Source: Lama glama (lineage: Eukaryota). From it: a DNA stretch of 64,000 bases. Location of the stretch: assembly GCA_028534125.1 (NCBI GenBank), contig CM052842.1:3472001-3536000 (forward strand), given 5' to 3'. Every line of letters begins with the position of its first letter. Position 1 is the stretch's first letter. This document shows, piece after piece, positions 1-12,804 of this stretch. A model generated the notes under the pieces. That model was not told the DNA's origin. It ran no database searches and was given only the letters and a program-made list of their open reading frames with translations. The position numbers and the translations under genes were made by a program.

Positions 1-420
1 GGATGGACCTAGAGATGATCATACTGAATGAAGTCAGTCAGAGAATGGCAAATACCATAAGATATCACTTATATGTGGAATCTTAAAAGAAATGACACAA
101 ATGCACTTATTTACAAAATAGAAATAGATTCACAGACATAAAAAACAAATGTATGGCTGCCAAAGAGGAAAGGAGGGAGAGGGATAAATTAGGAGTTTGG
201 GATTAACATGTAGACACCACTATATATAAAATAGATAAACAACAGGACCCTACTGTAAAGCACAGGAAACTATATTCAATATCTGTAATAATCTACAGAT
301 GGAACATCTGAAAAAGGATATATATGTATATGTATAACAGAATCACTTTGCTGTATGCCTGAAACATTGTAAATCTACTAAAAAAAACAGTTCAATAAAA
401 AAATGAAACAAAAACAAAGT
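1..420 (+). mobile_element. LINE-1 3' end (ORF2 C-terminus and 3' UTR), young camelid/artiodactyl type
   Basis: ggatggacctagagatgatcatactgaatgaagtcagtcag encodes the ...MDLEMIILNEVSQ tail of L1 ORF2, followed by the typical 3' UTR, AATAAA and an A-rich tail. Confidence 0.95.
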
Positions 421-457
421 TAAGTGCTTCCAGTTCTGTAAAAATAGCTCTTTTGAG

Positions 458-643
458 NNNNNNNNNNNNNNNNNNNNNNNNNNNNNNNNNNNNNNNNNNN
501 NNNNNNNNNNNNNNNNNNNNNNNNNNNNNNNNNNNNNNNNNNNNNNNNNNNNNNNNNNNNNNNNNNNNNNNNNNNNNNNNNNNNNNNNNNNNNNNNNNNN
601 NNNNNNNNNNNNNNNNNNNNNNNNNNNNNNNNNNNNNNNNNNN
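458..643. other. Assembly gap (N run)
   Basis: Run of n characters. Confidence 1.
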
Positions 644-965
644 ATCTACAAAACAGAAATAGACTCACAGACATAGTAAACAATCTTATGGTTACCGTGG
701 AAAGGGGGTAGGAAGGGATAAATTTGGGAGTTTGAGATTTGCAAATGTTAGCTTCTGTATATAAAAATAGATTTTTTAAAAAAACAAGTTTTTTCTGTAT
801 AGCACAGGGAACTATATTTAATATCTTATAATAACCTTTAATGAAAAGAGTATGAAAATGAATGTTTGTATGTATACGCAAGACTGGAACATTGCACTGT
901 ACACCGGAAATTGACATATTGTAACTTACTGTACTTCAACAAAATTAAAATAATAAATAAAAACA
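644..965 (+). mobile_element. LINE-1 3' UTR, second young subfamily
   Basis: aaacagaaatagactcacagacatag...gggataaatttgggagtttgagatttgc...tgtacaccggaaattgaca, ending in an A-rich tail. Confidence 0.9.
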
Positions 966-1774
966 CATTATAAGTTGAAAAACATCTCCTCATGAGAGAA
1001 ATCCTCCTTGGAAGTCTTAAATATTTTTAAAAGCACAATGAGTCAAACTTTTCAGCAATGTTTGCTGGTCCTCTGCTTCCTATAGCTCACAGTGGTGTAT
1101 TTGAAAACATCGATCGGTTTCATCATGCTGTAGCCATGGCCCCTGGAGGATTAGCTGAGGAGGAAGGTAAATGGAACGTAGGCAGCCTGCTCTCCAAGAC
1201 AACCGTCTGTGGCCCCGCTTGCTCCAAGATTGTGACCCAGGCATCTGTCCCTGGCAGTCACTGCATATTGAATCTGACCTCAGGGACACAGCTTCCTCTC
1301 AGCTTCTTGGGAAACTTTGTTCATTCTATTTTCAAAATCCCAGCCATGAAGAAGTTAGAGGTTTGGCAGTCGGAATGGACACCTTCCAGGCCATTTGGCT
1401 GCTGTAGCCTCATTTAGTTAACTGACCGTCTGTGCAGGCTTGATACGTGAGGCATAGAAAATCGGAGGCTATTTGTGGAACTTGGGAGAAGAAAGTGACT
1501 CAGTGAGCCAGATTTGCAGGTGCTTCCTTCTCCCTTGCTTGGAGAAGGGCCTCCCCTGTTCCTCCAGGCTGTTTCCAGGTGTGGAGGCCCCCTCGCCCCT
1601 CTCTTCACCTCCTTTTGAGGGGCCTTGTGCTGGACTGGAAAGAGCCCGGGGATCTCGGTGAGGGTCCAGGATCTGCCTCTGATGAGACACTTGACCATTG
1701 ACAAGTCTTCTCACCTCTCTGGCCTCAGTTTCCTCAGACGCACCAGGCAAGCGTTGGGCTCTGTGACCTCTAGT

Positions 1775-2040
1775 CTTTTTCTTTCTTTCTTTTTTTTAAC
1801 TGAAGCAGACACAATTACAAAGTGGCACAATTACAGTGTGTCCGTTTCCGGTGTGCAGTGTAACGTCCTGGTCCTACATACACATACATGTATTCGTTTT
1901 CATAATAGGTTACTACAAGATATTGAATAGAGTCCCCTGTGCTATACGGAAGAAATCTGTTCGTTATCTATGTTTATATATAGTCGTTAGTATTTTCAAA
2001 CCTTGAACATCCAAGTTTATCCCTTCCCACTCCCTTTTCA
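1775..2040 (-). mobile_element. LINE-1 3' UTR fragment
   Basis: T-rich tail followed by the reverse complement of the same 3' UTR seen at 644-965. Confidence 0.88.
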
Positions 2041-2419
2041 GTCTTCTTCAACTCTTGCCCTCAGGAATCTTAATAAAGCCAGGCCCTGAACGTGATGCTG
2101 GGGGATTTTGCTGTCAGGGACTTACCCTCATCAATGCAGAGACAGGAAGCAAAGAAGCAGGTAAGCAAATGTGAACAGCATCCTTTCAGGAGGTGATATG
2201 TGCTCTGCATGAAACAAATGAATGACGAAGGCGCCCGAGGATACGTATCTGCCGTCAACTTCCTTCATCCCTCTTAGCTCCTTCCAATGAGGAGCTGGGG
2301 CGGGGGCGGGGGATGGGGCATGGAGCGGACTGCTGTGGTTCACATCTGTCAGCGCGCTGGGCAGAGAACAGGGTGGAAGGGCAGGTGGAGAGCAGACCTG
2401 GAGGCGCAACAAGGTTTCA

Positions 2420-3165
2420 TCTTTCACATCCTCAAAAGACTTTGAAATTACACCCAGTTTTAAACAACTCGTGGTTCAAAGAGGAAATCATGATAGAAAG
2501 TTGTCAACATTTGGTCCATTGCTAATAATGGAAGTATTACATATCTAACCGTGGTATTTTATGCTGGGGAAAAAAGAAAACCTTACAACTGGTAAGTTAA
2601 GTATCAAGAAGTTTGGCAAAAGGACAAGACAGTTCTCCCCTGCCCCCTTTCAAGATATAAGAAATATCTAAATATAAGGCTAGAAACTAGTGACTTAGAA
2701 ACAAATATGAAGTGTAAAACAGAGCAATATTTGTTTCTTTGAAGTGCTAATAGTTTAGACAACATCTGATAATACTCATCAAGAACAAAAGGTTAGGGGT
2801 GAACATAAACCTAAGAAATTAACGTGCACATCATTCCACATGCTGAGACATTAGAGACAGTCTCTTGCAAGTGTTGTATGTCAATAAATTAAAACGTAGA
2901 CAAAATGAACATTTTCTTGAAAAATAAGATTCAAGTGTCTCTACAGCAGGGCCCTCCCAAGCATGAGGGAGATGCACGTACAATTCCAATTTTATGCAAA
3001 TGCTTCCGTGGAAGAGAACTCGTCCCGTACTCGTTTGTGAGGTGAATGAATATAACCTCATATCCAAGCCAGACGAGGACAGCGCAAGGACTGAAAATTC
3101 AGGCCAGGCTACTCATGAATATAGATCCGAAATCTTGAAAAAGACATTAGCGAACTAAACCGAGG
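2420..3165 (+). mobile_element. Ancient L1M ORF2 remnant
   Basis: A-rich, degenerate similarity to L1 ORF2 (aaacaactcgtggttcaaagaggaaatca; ccaagccagacgaggacagcgcaagga...ctactcatgaatatagatccgaaatctt). Confidence 0.75.
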
Positions 3166-3416
3166 TGAGGACGTGAGGCAGAGGAAAGCGCGCGCTCTGC
3201 CCGAGAGCTCGTGGCCTGGACGCGGCTGAACCAGGGCTTTCCTCAACCTCCGCCTCTAGCGAGAGGGCTCTGCTCCACGGCGACTGTTAGGATAGTGCTG
3301 AGAGGTCTAAACTCCTGCACATCAGAAAAATGAGCCTATCCCCCCAGGTGGACAGGACTGTGGGCGCCTCATGGCTTCTATGGAGGGTTCTCCTCCAGCC
3401 CATCTGATGGTCGGGG

Positions 3417-3513
3417 TAGGGCGGCCAGCTCCTCCTGGTTGGCCTGAGGCTGCTTGGATTTTAGAACTAAAAGTCCCTCAGTCCTAGGCAAATCGGGACC
3501 GTCTGTCACCCTA
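3417..3513. mobile_element. MER81-like hAT MITE
   Basis: Terminal inverted repeats tagggcggcca...tgtcacccta, ~97 bp, internal match to the recalled MER81 consensus. Confidence 0.75.
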
Positions 3514-5874
3514 GATGGGGACAACCGAGCGTCCTTTAGTTCCCTGACAGCTCCCTCCAGCAAAGAACACGGCATCTTGTGGAAAATGCAGGTTGGTTAG
3601 TTACAGCTGGCGGCAAGACTGGGCGGCAGCCAGAGGTCTGAACAGGCACACATCTCCAGCCACATCAGGTCTGCTGAGTGCTTTCTGGAGCCAGAACGCG
3701 AGGCAGTCTCTCACAGACCTTGCCACTTACGACAGGGACCCATCAAGACAAGCACTATCGTCCCTATTTTGTATGGAAACCAGAAAAGTGACACGGACAC
3801 CAAGGTAAAAGGGAGAAAGTGTGAATGAGCTGATCAATGGATGAAGTAGTAACTTCCTCGCTTCCATTAGAGTGACAGCCTTGATGAATATGGTGGCATC
3901 TGGCCTTCCCCCTGCTCACAGAGCCCACTGGAGCTTGAAAAATGAGCCCCAGGACCCTGAGGATGTGGCATGAGCTCCCTTCCCAGGCCCGGCTGTCACC
4001 TGAGGCCCTCCCCAGAGTTTGCCCTCTGCTCTCTCCTGAAAACAAGCAGGTGGCCTGGCCCATTGCTGGCTGTGAGCCCTTGAATGGGAGAGAGGTGGCC
4101 AGGCAGCTCTGGGGCTGCTCCAAGGATAACGGGGACACCTGGCAGGAAGGACTCCTGCCTGTGGACTGGAGCTGGCATTCCAAGGACTCACAGGTACTAT
4201 GTCTAGGAGGTCTGGGCTTGGAATTTTCCAGGACCATCAGAATTCCTTGGACACTCAGAAGGGTTGTGCTCAGCACGCTGCCAGGCACAGAGTAGGCAGT
4301 TAATGGAATTCAGAGCCATCTGGTTCCAAAGAATTGCTTTTATAACAAGCCGGTCATTCATTTTTCTCCTTGTAGGTAGTGAGAACCTGAACAGTCGCCC
4401 ACGTCTTCGCCTCCCTCTATTATCTGGGCCGATCCCAGTGTCTGGGACCCAGGGATGTTTAGGAAATGCTGCTTTCCTTTTCTGCCCCTCTTCCCCTCCC
4501 AGTGTCCTTGGCCATGCCAGCCCGGTGAGCAGCCTTCACACAATGAAGGTGAAGAGTGAGCCTGAACTTGAACCTGAACTGCCTTTGGAAGCACAGACCC
4601 AAGTCCGCGCTGCTGGCCTGGCATCACGGAGACTGGGAGCGTGGACTTTGGAGCCAAGCAGATGTGGGTTCAATTTCCAGGCTCACTCGAGGCCTCATTT
4701 TCCTCACCTACAACACGGTAGCTACCTGGCTGGGTTATTTTCATAGTTAGAGGTTGTGCTGAATAGAACTGTTACACTAAACATTCCACAAATGAATTCC
4801 ATTTTCAAATAAGTCAATGTCAACGACTTACTTTTTAAAAACTGAAGAATTCCTCAGCGCTTCTCATGGTCTACTGGATATTATAAGTCACCAAGAGGAG
4901 TCTGTACTGAGCTTCATATGTCAAATCTGATCGTTTTTTCAAGGAACACTTTGAAGGACTAACGTTCTTGGAACACCCTTTGGGAAATACTGAGAAATCC
5001 CTCTGTAGGCACTAAAATCAGTATTTGCTCTTAGCATTATTTTCAGAATTATTACTGTTGTTTTATTACTTATTTACCAGTTGAAATCCTACAGGGGGAC
5101 TGAGTCTGAACAGTCCTGAGATCATGTTTCAAAATTCACAATTTTCCAAACAGAATTTCATGCTGGCTTCAGTCAGGCCCATCTCCTGTGAATTTCGCTA
5201 GGTTTAAAATGTACAAATTGAAAGCAGACAAGTCCCTTCTCTCCTCGCTAATTAGGATGATGGATTGTGGAGAAGGGATCCCTCCATGTCACAGCGGAGG
5301 TGATGCCTTGGTCTTTAATTAACCATACAGGGATTTGAGTGATGCGGGAAGGCGGGGAGGGGGGACCAGTCTCCAAATGTGCACAGACAGACTCACACCC
5401 CAAACATACCAAGTCTTCAGGGACGGGTGACAAAGGGAGGCAAGGACGCAAACACCACTTAGCATTTTCAGTGGCCTCTTTCCAAGAGGTGAGGTAGAGA
5501 ATAAGAGGAAATGGCAGGCTCACAGCCCTCCACGGCACCAGACTTTCCCCAAGTCCTCCGGGCTGGTGTTCCTATTCCTCGGACACTGTCAATTCCAAAT
5601 GGCCACTTAAGTCACGAGTGATCTTCCGTGATCCACATGCACATCCTTGTATCCAGTGAGTCCTCTTTGATCTCTAGCCTGTCCCACACCCCCGGGTCTC
5701 ACAGAAGCACGGAATCCTACACTGGGGACCCGCCGCGGGGCTCTCAGCCAGGGCCTGCCACTGACGTGCACGCGGCGCTTGTGAAGGGCCCTCCCCGCAC
5801 ACCGGCCCCTTCCTGGGAGCTGGGCTGCTTCTCCGTGGGAGCACTTGGGCTATGGCCAGCCCAGACTGGTTTAT

Positions 5875-6235
5875 CTCAAGTCAACAAACCTTTGATCACC
5901 ACCTGCTGGATTCTGGGCCCTGGGATACGTGGAGAAGCCCAAAGCCACTTCTGATCTCAGTGATCAAACAGTCTAGTTGGGTAGGTAAACCTGGGCACAT
6001 AAATATAATATATACCATATATGAGTAACTCAAGAGGGGCTGGGTGGTCAGAAAAGGTCTCACAGAAGAAATTACACCTGAGCAGGGTTCAGAGGATCAT
6101 AGGAGTTTGTCAGATGGGTTTGATGGAAGGAAAGGCTTTTTGGATGGAGGGAAGAGCAATTGCACAGTCACTGAGAAATGAAAAAGCATGATTTATGTAA
6201 AGAACTGAAATTGGTCCTATGTTGTTGGGACAATA
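5875..6235 (-). mobile_element. L2 LINE 3' remnant
   Basis: gggtggtcagaaaaggtctcacagaagaa...cacctgagcagg...ggagggaagagcaattgcac is a typical antisense L2 signature. Confidence 0.65.
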
Positions 6236-9200
6236 AGCATGTGTGTGTGTTACAGGGATGTTGGGGTGGGGTGACCTGATTTATATTTTGAGGCAAGTAT
6301 GTCCCCTAAGTTCTCTAAGTTTTTGATCAGAGCTGGTTCCATTTACTTGGAGGAGGATGTTGGTGGGGAACAGGCTTAAAGGTGCTCCAGAATCAAGAGT
6401 TACTTTGACGCAAATCGGAAAACTCCAAAAATTAATTGCTTTCTTTCAAAGCTCGACTGACCATCACAGAAACCCGGCAGAGACTTATTTTCAGCAAAAC
6501 CCTCCCATACTTTGAAGCCCACGGGTTCTCCTGTAACAGCAGATGGCATAAGTTTGGGGTTCGCCTTAAATTCTGCCTCCTCTTTGCTTGACAATTTTGG
6601 AAAGAAAAAAAAAAAAGAAACAAAGTTCCCTCGCTGTGTTGAGCAAGCAGAGGGCAGGAAGAAGGGATATCTGGGGAAGGGAGGATTTAGCTGTATTTTC
6701 AAGTGTGGAGACGTTGAGGCCAGTAGATCAGGAAGCTGACTTCGTTTTCACAAGGTGGGGGGTGCGGGCTTTACCCCGAAGCCAGGACATTCTGTTTACC
6801 TGCCTCCAACTCCGTGCAGCACAGGGATGCTTCCAAAATGCAGACCCGTGGCTCTTGTCCCAGGCTTCCTCTCACCTAAGCAGTGTCAAGTCCTGACTTT
6901 GAAGCCAGGTCTCCTCCGATCTGGACCCTGACTCCCTTCCCAGCCTCACCCCCTTCTCACCACTGACTTCTCCTTGTTTCCCCAAATGCAGAAGCACTTT
7001 GCTCACAAGGACCCTGCTCTTCGTTCCCTCTGCCAAGTATGTCATGACCCCAACCCCATCCCCTGCAGCTCCCCCTACCTGGCCGCCCAACCACTGCCAA
7101 GTTTGAAATGAGCCATGGTTTCTCCAGACAGATCATGGACAGGCGGTCATGGGGGATGGAGGCCCTTCCTTCCCTTCCCCGGAGCGCCCTGCTGAGTTCT
7201 CCTCTTCCACCACATGCGTGTGAATGTTTACCCGCCTTTCTCCCCCGCCGCTGCCAGCCTGCACTTCGCTGGGGGCTCCACTTACCCAGAGGAGTCTCAC
7301 ACTACCTGAACGTTGTTTTCCAGATGTCCCCATGGAAGCTCAGAGAAGTCGGACTGGCCTGCTGTCACTCGGCTAAGAAGGGGCAGAGGCGGGATTTGCA
7401 CCCTGACGTCTCCTCTGAGAGGGACGGGCTTGGTGCTCCACTCAGATCCCTTCCCTGGAGGGTGCACCGGCCCCCACCTGCCTTGAGTTTGGCCTGCTAA
7501 GGGCCCCCAATGTGCCCCCTGCTCCTGACATTCGTCCTTGAAGGGGAGAGCATGTCCCCTCGCCAGGGGACAGCCTGCAGCCGATGGCTGGCTGATAAGC
7601 AACGCACATGGCCGGCCCCCCGCCTAAGAGGGGGCACCTCTGCAGAGATGCCCCGCCCCCGCTGTGGGTCAGGCTCAGCCCTTTTCCCTCCTCTGTCCTG
7701 TGTCCCTTACTCCCTTCCAGTTTTCTCCTGTGTCGCTCCCTCAACACGTCATGTGATTCCACGTCCCTGTCTCGGGCTCTGCTTTTAGGGACCCTGACCT
7801 AGGACAGAATCTCTATTCCCCATGCCGCGTCCAGAACGCTCTGCTTTCAGTCCCTCTCTGTCCTGCTCTGTGCCCTGCGATGCTGGGTGACGGTAGTGAA
7901 AGATGTCACTAGGAGTCCCGGCCTCCTGACTTGCAGGTGGTATGGCCCATGGCTGGCTGCAGGTGAGGGGGCAGAGGAGAGAGAATCCGTGTATTTGCTC
8001 CTCTGCTCCTGCTCCTCCTTGCCTCCCCAGCTACGATCCTGCCTGCACCCACCTCTGCCAGGCTTCAGCTTTGAACCCAGCTCTTACCACCGAGCCCTCC
8101 CTTTCCCTCCTTTCAGGGTGGCAATGTTTCCACCCACCCACTGCTGCTGGCCCCATGACTCAGCATCCTTTGTTAGGGTCCTTTCTGCAAAAGCCTCTTC
8201 ATTCAGTGTCTCTTCCACCTTCCAGCTGAGGGGGCATCTGTTTCCAGCCAGACACCCTACCTGCTCCAGCTTTCACCTGACAGGTTGACTCAAATTGATT
8301 GCTAATGGCTGCCCGGTCCTAGCCCAGCAGGGAAGAGTGCTGCAATCTGCTGGTGATGCCTGTCTGTGTGCAGCTCGGGAGCGGTGAGATGAGTGCCATG
8401 TGTTGGCCATCCCTGAAGTAGACAATCAGTCCCCAAGGTTCCTTCCAGCTCAGACTTCTGGGACCCTGTATGGACAGAGATGCACCTCCCTGACAAGAGC
8501 GAGAGCAATCTAAAAAATGCCGGGGTTAATCACTCTGGCCAACAGACTGACAGCTTTTTCAAATAAACCAGGGACCTTATCTTTTCCTGTGTGGCCAGCA
8601 GCTGATGGACTCTGCGGGTGCCGCTGACACTAGCCGACACCAGGGGGCGGCCTTCCACAGGCTGCTGGATGCCAGGTCGCAGGAGCCCAGGTGGCTCGCT
8701 GACTGTAGGCCCTTCAGTCACAGGGGGGCTGATGTGGCCCTGAGGGCTTGGACGGACTTGCTCGAGGCCACAGGAAGGGGTGCGCCATTGTCACAAGAGC
8801 ACGGCATCAGAGCCAGAAACATTTTTTCGAATCTGACCTCTATCCCAAGTCTCTGTAACCTTTGTAAATTCACGTTTTCCTTCAGCATATTTTTTGACCA
8901 GTTGACCAGTTACTGTGGGCCAGATTTGGTGGTACAGCCTGACAGCTCCCTCAGAATAACTCCACAGCCCTAAGACTCTGGAGGCAGGTGGGAGGCCCTA
9001 AAGAAAAGTCACATGGACTCATGTGTGATTCCTGAAAAGGGTTTAAATGATGAAGGTGATGAACGCGGGGTGGGGTGGACTTCAGTTTCGGCTACAGAAG
9101 ACCTGAGCGTAAGAGGGCAGGAGCTGGTGGGTTACCAGTCTGGGTTCTGGGAATAGTAGACACCAGGACCCGGGGCACGAAGAGAAGGGACTGGAAACCA

Positions 9201-10795
9201 GGCTGGAGCGCCCAGACTCATGGTGATGAGGCAGGCAGGGACGGACCAGGCAGGGGCCGATGAGGCCGAAAGCACACAACTGGGGTTTACCAGCCACGTC
9301 CAGCAAAGTGCTCCCCGGAGCTGGGGGCTGGACACGCGGGAGGGAGGTGAGTGCAGAGCTGGGGGAGGCTCCAGATGGAGCAATGCGGGTCCTCACCTGC
9401 ACGTGGCAGACACCACGTGTCCGAGGGCTGTTGCGAGGCTCCCCTGGGGTCTGGGTGGGGATGCGCTTTGTCAGCTGTCAAGGGCAGAGGGCACGGCTGC
9501 TTTATTCCCGTTGCGGTGAGCCACCATCACGCACGTCCTGACTTACAGCGCGCACTCTGTGCCGAGGCCCGGCCAGCCTCCCAGCCCCGCGTCCAGGGCG
9601 CCCGCAATCCAGAAAGGGAAATGGTTGCCCTGCCTGTCGCCCTCCCAACCCCGCTCCATGGTGTGACTTCCTGCCTGCCTCTCTGGCCACACCCTTCCGT
9701 CCTCACCCTGCCCCCAGGCGGTGGCTTCAAAACTCCCCCTCAGGGTCTCTGACCCCCTCGTCTCCTCAGGACCCTCTAGGGGTCCCTCGGCCCTGGATGC
9801 TGAACATGGTTAATGACACACTGTGGAGACTGAAGTCACTTCGCAGGGGTACGGGTGCCAAAGCCACCCAGGTCCATCCAATCACACTCCATCCTCATCA
9901 GCCATTCACTTCTCCCCACCTGGCACCTCCAGGCTCTGGGGTCGCCTCTGGAAGGTCCCTGCCCTGTTCTTTACCCCTGGACTTCTGGTCACCTTTCAAA
10001 TCTCATCAAATTGATCTTCTCTGAATCCTCAGGATGATGGCTCGGTCCCCGTCAGTCCTCCCAGGGCCCCCGTTACCACGTCCAGTAGAACACACGTAGG
10101 GCTGTTTCTCTCCTATGCCGTCAGCTCCCTGAAGGCCAGAGGTGGCTTGTCCCCCACAGAGCCCAGCCTGGGGCTCCGGCTTAGCAGGGAGTCAGCAGAA
10201 GTTCATCAGAATATAAATGTGTGTCAGCGGAGACACAACTGTACGCAAGTCGATGGGACATGTCTCCTAAAAATGCATATTTTTGGCAAGTAGCCACCCC
10301 CTGCCCACCCCCGCCGGAGTGCAGCCGACAGACAAATAAGCCCCCCACACCCCCTGAAGCTCCTCTCATCCCGCAAAGAAAATAACAAAGAGGTAAAGGT
10401 ATCATTTTGTCCTTAGCAATCTGTTCCTTTATGAGCCCGCCATGGAGAATAACCCCAGATTCCAATTAGCAGCTGGGGCCCGGGCACTGAAGGCTGGTCT
10501 GCTCCCTGCCTTTGTGAGCAAACCAGCCAGTAATAAATCCCCAATTAGCAGGAAGGGAAATTGATTGAACCTTTTTTTCTCTTCCTCCACTTTTGTTTGG
10601 TGTTCCCTGTAAACAGGCCATGCGGCTGGCATTCAAGAGGAAAGAAAATTGAATTTAAGTCATTTTAAGCTTGCCGTGATTAATGTCATGCCAGGTAAGG
10701 CACACAAAGGAACATTAAAAGATTACAAAAATAATTCTCCTCTTAACCCAGCAAATGCTGTCTCCCTGCACGCACATGTGTATGGCATGTCAGTC

Positions 10796-11191
10796 TGTAT
10801 CCTAGCCTGGGCTGCCATGACAAGAACACCTCAGGCGAGGCGGTTTAAACAACAAACGTTTGTTTTTCACAGCTCTGAAGTGTGGGAAGTCTGAGATCGA
10901 GGTGCTGGCGGCTGTGCTGTCTGCGGAGGCCTCGCTTCCCGGCTTGCAGACAGCCGCCTTCTCACCGTGTGCTCGCGTGGCCTTTCCTTGGTGTGCGCTC
11001 CTGGAGAGAGAGCTCTCTTCCTCTCCTTACACGGGCACTAACCCCATCATGGGGACCCATCCTCGTGACCTCATCTGACTCGACCTACCTACCAAATACC
11101 CAGACTCCACCTCCAAATGCCATCCATCAAATCAGGGCTAAGGTATCAACATACGAATGCTGGAGGGACACGCACATTCAGCCCATCGCCA
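10796..11191 (-). mobile_element. MLT1A-like MaLR solo LTR
   Basis: gggctgccatgacaag...ttaaacaacaaacgtttgtttttcacagctctgaag...ggagggacacgcacattcagcccatcgc matches the MLT1A reverse strand. Confidence 0.88.
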
Positions 11192-12169
11192 TCGCTTTAC
11201 ATTAAACAGATAGGAGAACGTGAACCTTACAGGCAGATGGTACCACACCATCTCCACACACGTATGTGTGATCCACACACCAGGTGCCCAGGTGGCACAT
11301 GTAACCCCGGCGGATGTGTCCTATCCTTGCAGACCACAGCATGTGGGAGGGACCTGCAGTTATGGGGCCTAAACGTCACAGTCGAAAGTCAGGCTGGCCT
11401 GTCTCCAGCATCACAAGGAGAGCGACTCTGTGACCCGGAGGCTGAGTGAGGATGCTTGCTTTTATTTTTTTTTAAACACAGACTTCTCCAACAGATTTAT
11501 GTTTTCTTTAAAGCAATGGACTTTGAAGAGAGTAAACATGGGGCAGAGAGGTATGGAAGGGAAAATGAACACAAAGGCAAGCTGCTTTGCTAATTGCTTT
11601 CTAACCACAACAAAGCAGTGCAGAGGACGCCCTGTACAAGACATTGCAATAAAGGTTCAGAGGTGCTTCCTTCGGCAAAGTCTGTCCTTGTTTTTAAAAT
11701 GGGAATGCCAGTTATAGGTTTGCTAGGATTCATGAGATGCTGCAGTGAAACGTTAGTGCAGAACTGACACACACTAAACGCATGCACAGATGCCTGCACA
11801 CTTTAAAGACATGTTTACACCTTGCATACAAGGTGTGTGTGTTTGTCTCTGTGTGTGCCTATGTATACATGTATATTCTGTTTAGAACAAAAATTTTAGC
11901 AGTGTTTTCCCCCCAGATGTGACCCATCCAGCTATGATTCAAAGTCAAGTTCGGGATGTGGCATTGACTCTGGACCCATCCTGTGTCTTTAAACAGCTCT
12001 GCAAGATACGCAGTCTCCCTGAGCTCCAGTCTCCTCTGGAAGACTGGGGGTGGGGGGACGTCAGAGACCTGCCTTAGACAGTGTCTGTGGCGACGAAAGG
12101 AGATGACGTTAGTTTGTTCCTTCATTGGTTCGGCCCTCTTTCCCCAAAGAGGAGAACGTAAGGAGAGAC

Positions 12170-12780
12170 GTGACAGACTTCCACCGCGAGGCGACCACGC
12201 CGCGGGCTTGGAAGCGCCCGCCCGGCGGCCTGCTGAGCGCCGAGCCGCCGGCCCCTGCCAGCGCAGAGGGGACGGTGACAGGGATCAGCGGTTACACTTC
12301 TTTACACCAAGACGTGGCCGAGAGGACGGGGAGGACGAGGCCGCCACCGCTACCTGCCGGTTCTTCAAGCTGCCCGGCGCTCGGTGTCCCTTCTCCACAA
12401 CACAGCGGAGAAGGAAGCGTGCCCGCGGGTGGCAGGGGCGCCGTTCTGGCCCCTCTCTCTCCCGGGTCCTGGCAGCGGCCGCCTTGCAGGGCCCGGTGTC
12501 CTCCCGCTCCGCGCCGGACTTCACCCGGCAGCCGGCGCTAGTTTCCTGAAACCAAGTCTGCTCTCCCGAGACTGTTCACACCTCTCCCAGCGGAGAGGAT
12601 GACCTTCCCTCCACGAGCTGCCCCTCGCCTCGCGGCTTCCCTCTCCTTGTCTCCCGCTGTCCGTCCTGTCCTCGCCCACCGGCCTCCCTCCTGCTCCCGA
12701 GCTCACCGCCTCCCCGTGCGTGGCCCTGTCCCCTCCGCCTTTCTCAGAGCCTCAGAGCTGGTGGTCTCTCCCCTTTCAGC
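12170..12780. other. CpG-rich island-like segment; right half derived from an L2 remnant
   Basis: Very high CpG density. 12450-12750 still aligns by eye to the L2 3' region (cggcagccggcgctagtttcctgaaa versus consensus cagcagccagagtgatctttctaaaa). Confidence 0.65.
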
Positions 12781-12804
12781 TCTTTCTCAGGTGCGGGGAA
12801 TGCG

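Noticed and set aside
11983-12549. 188-aa Arg/Ala-rich ORF in the CpG island
   Set aside because: All frames are open because of GC content, and it partly overlaps an L2 relic.
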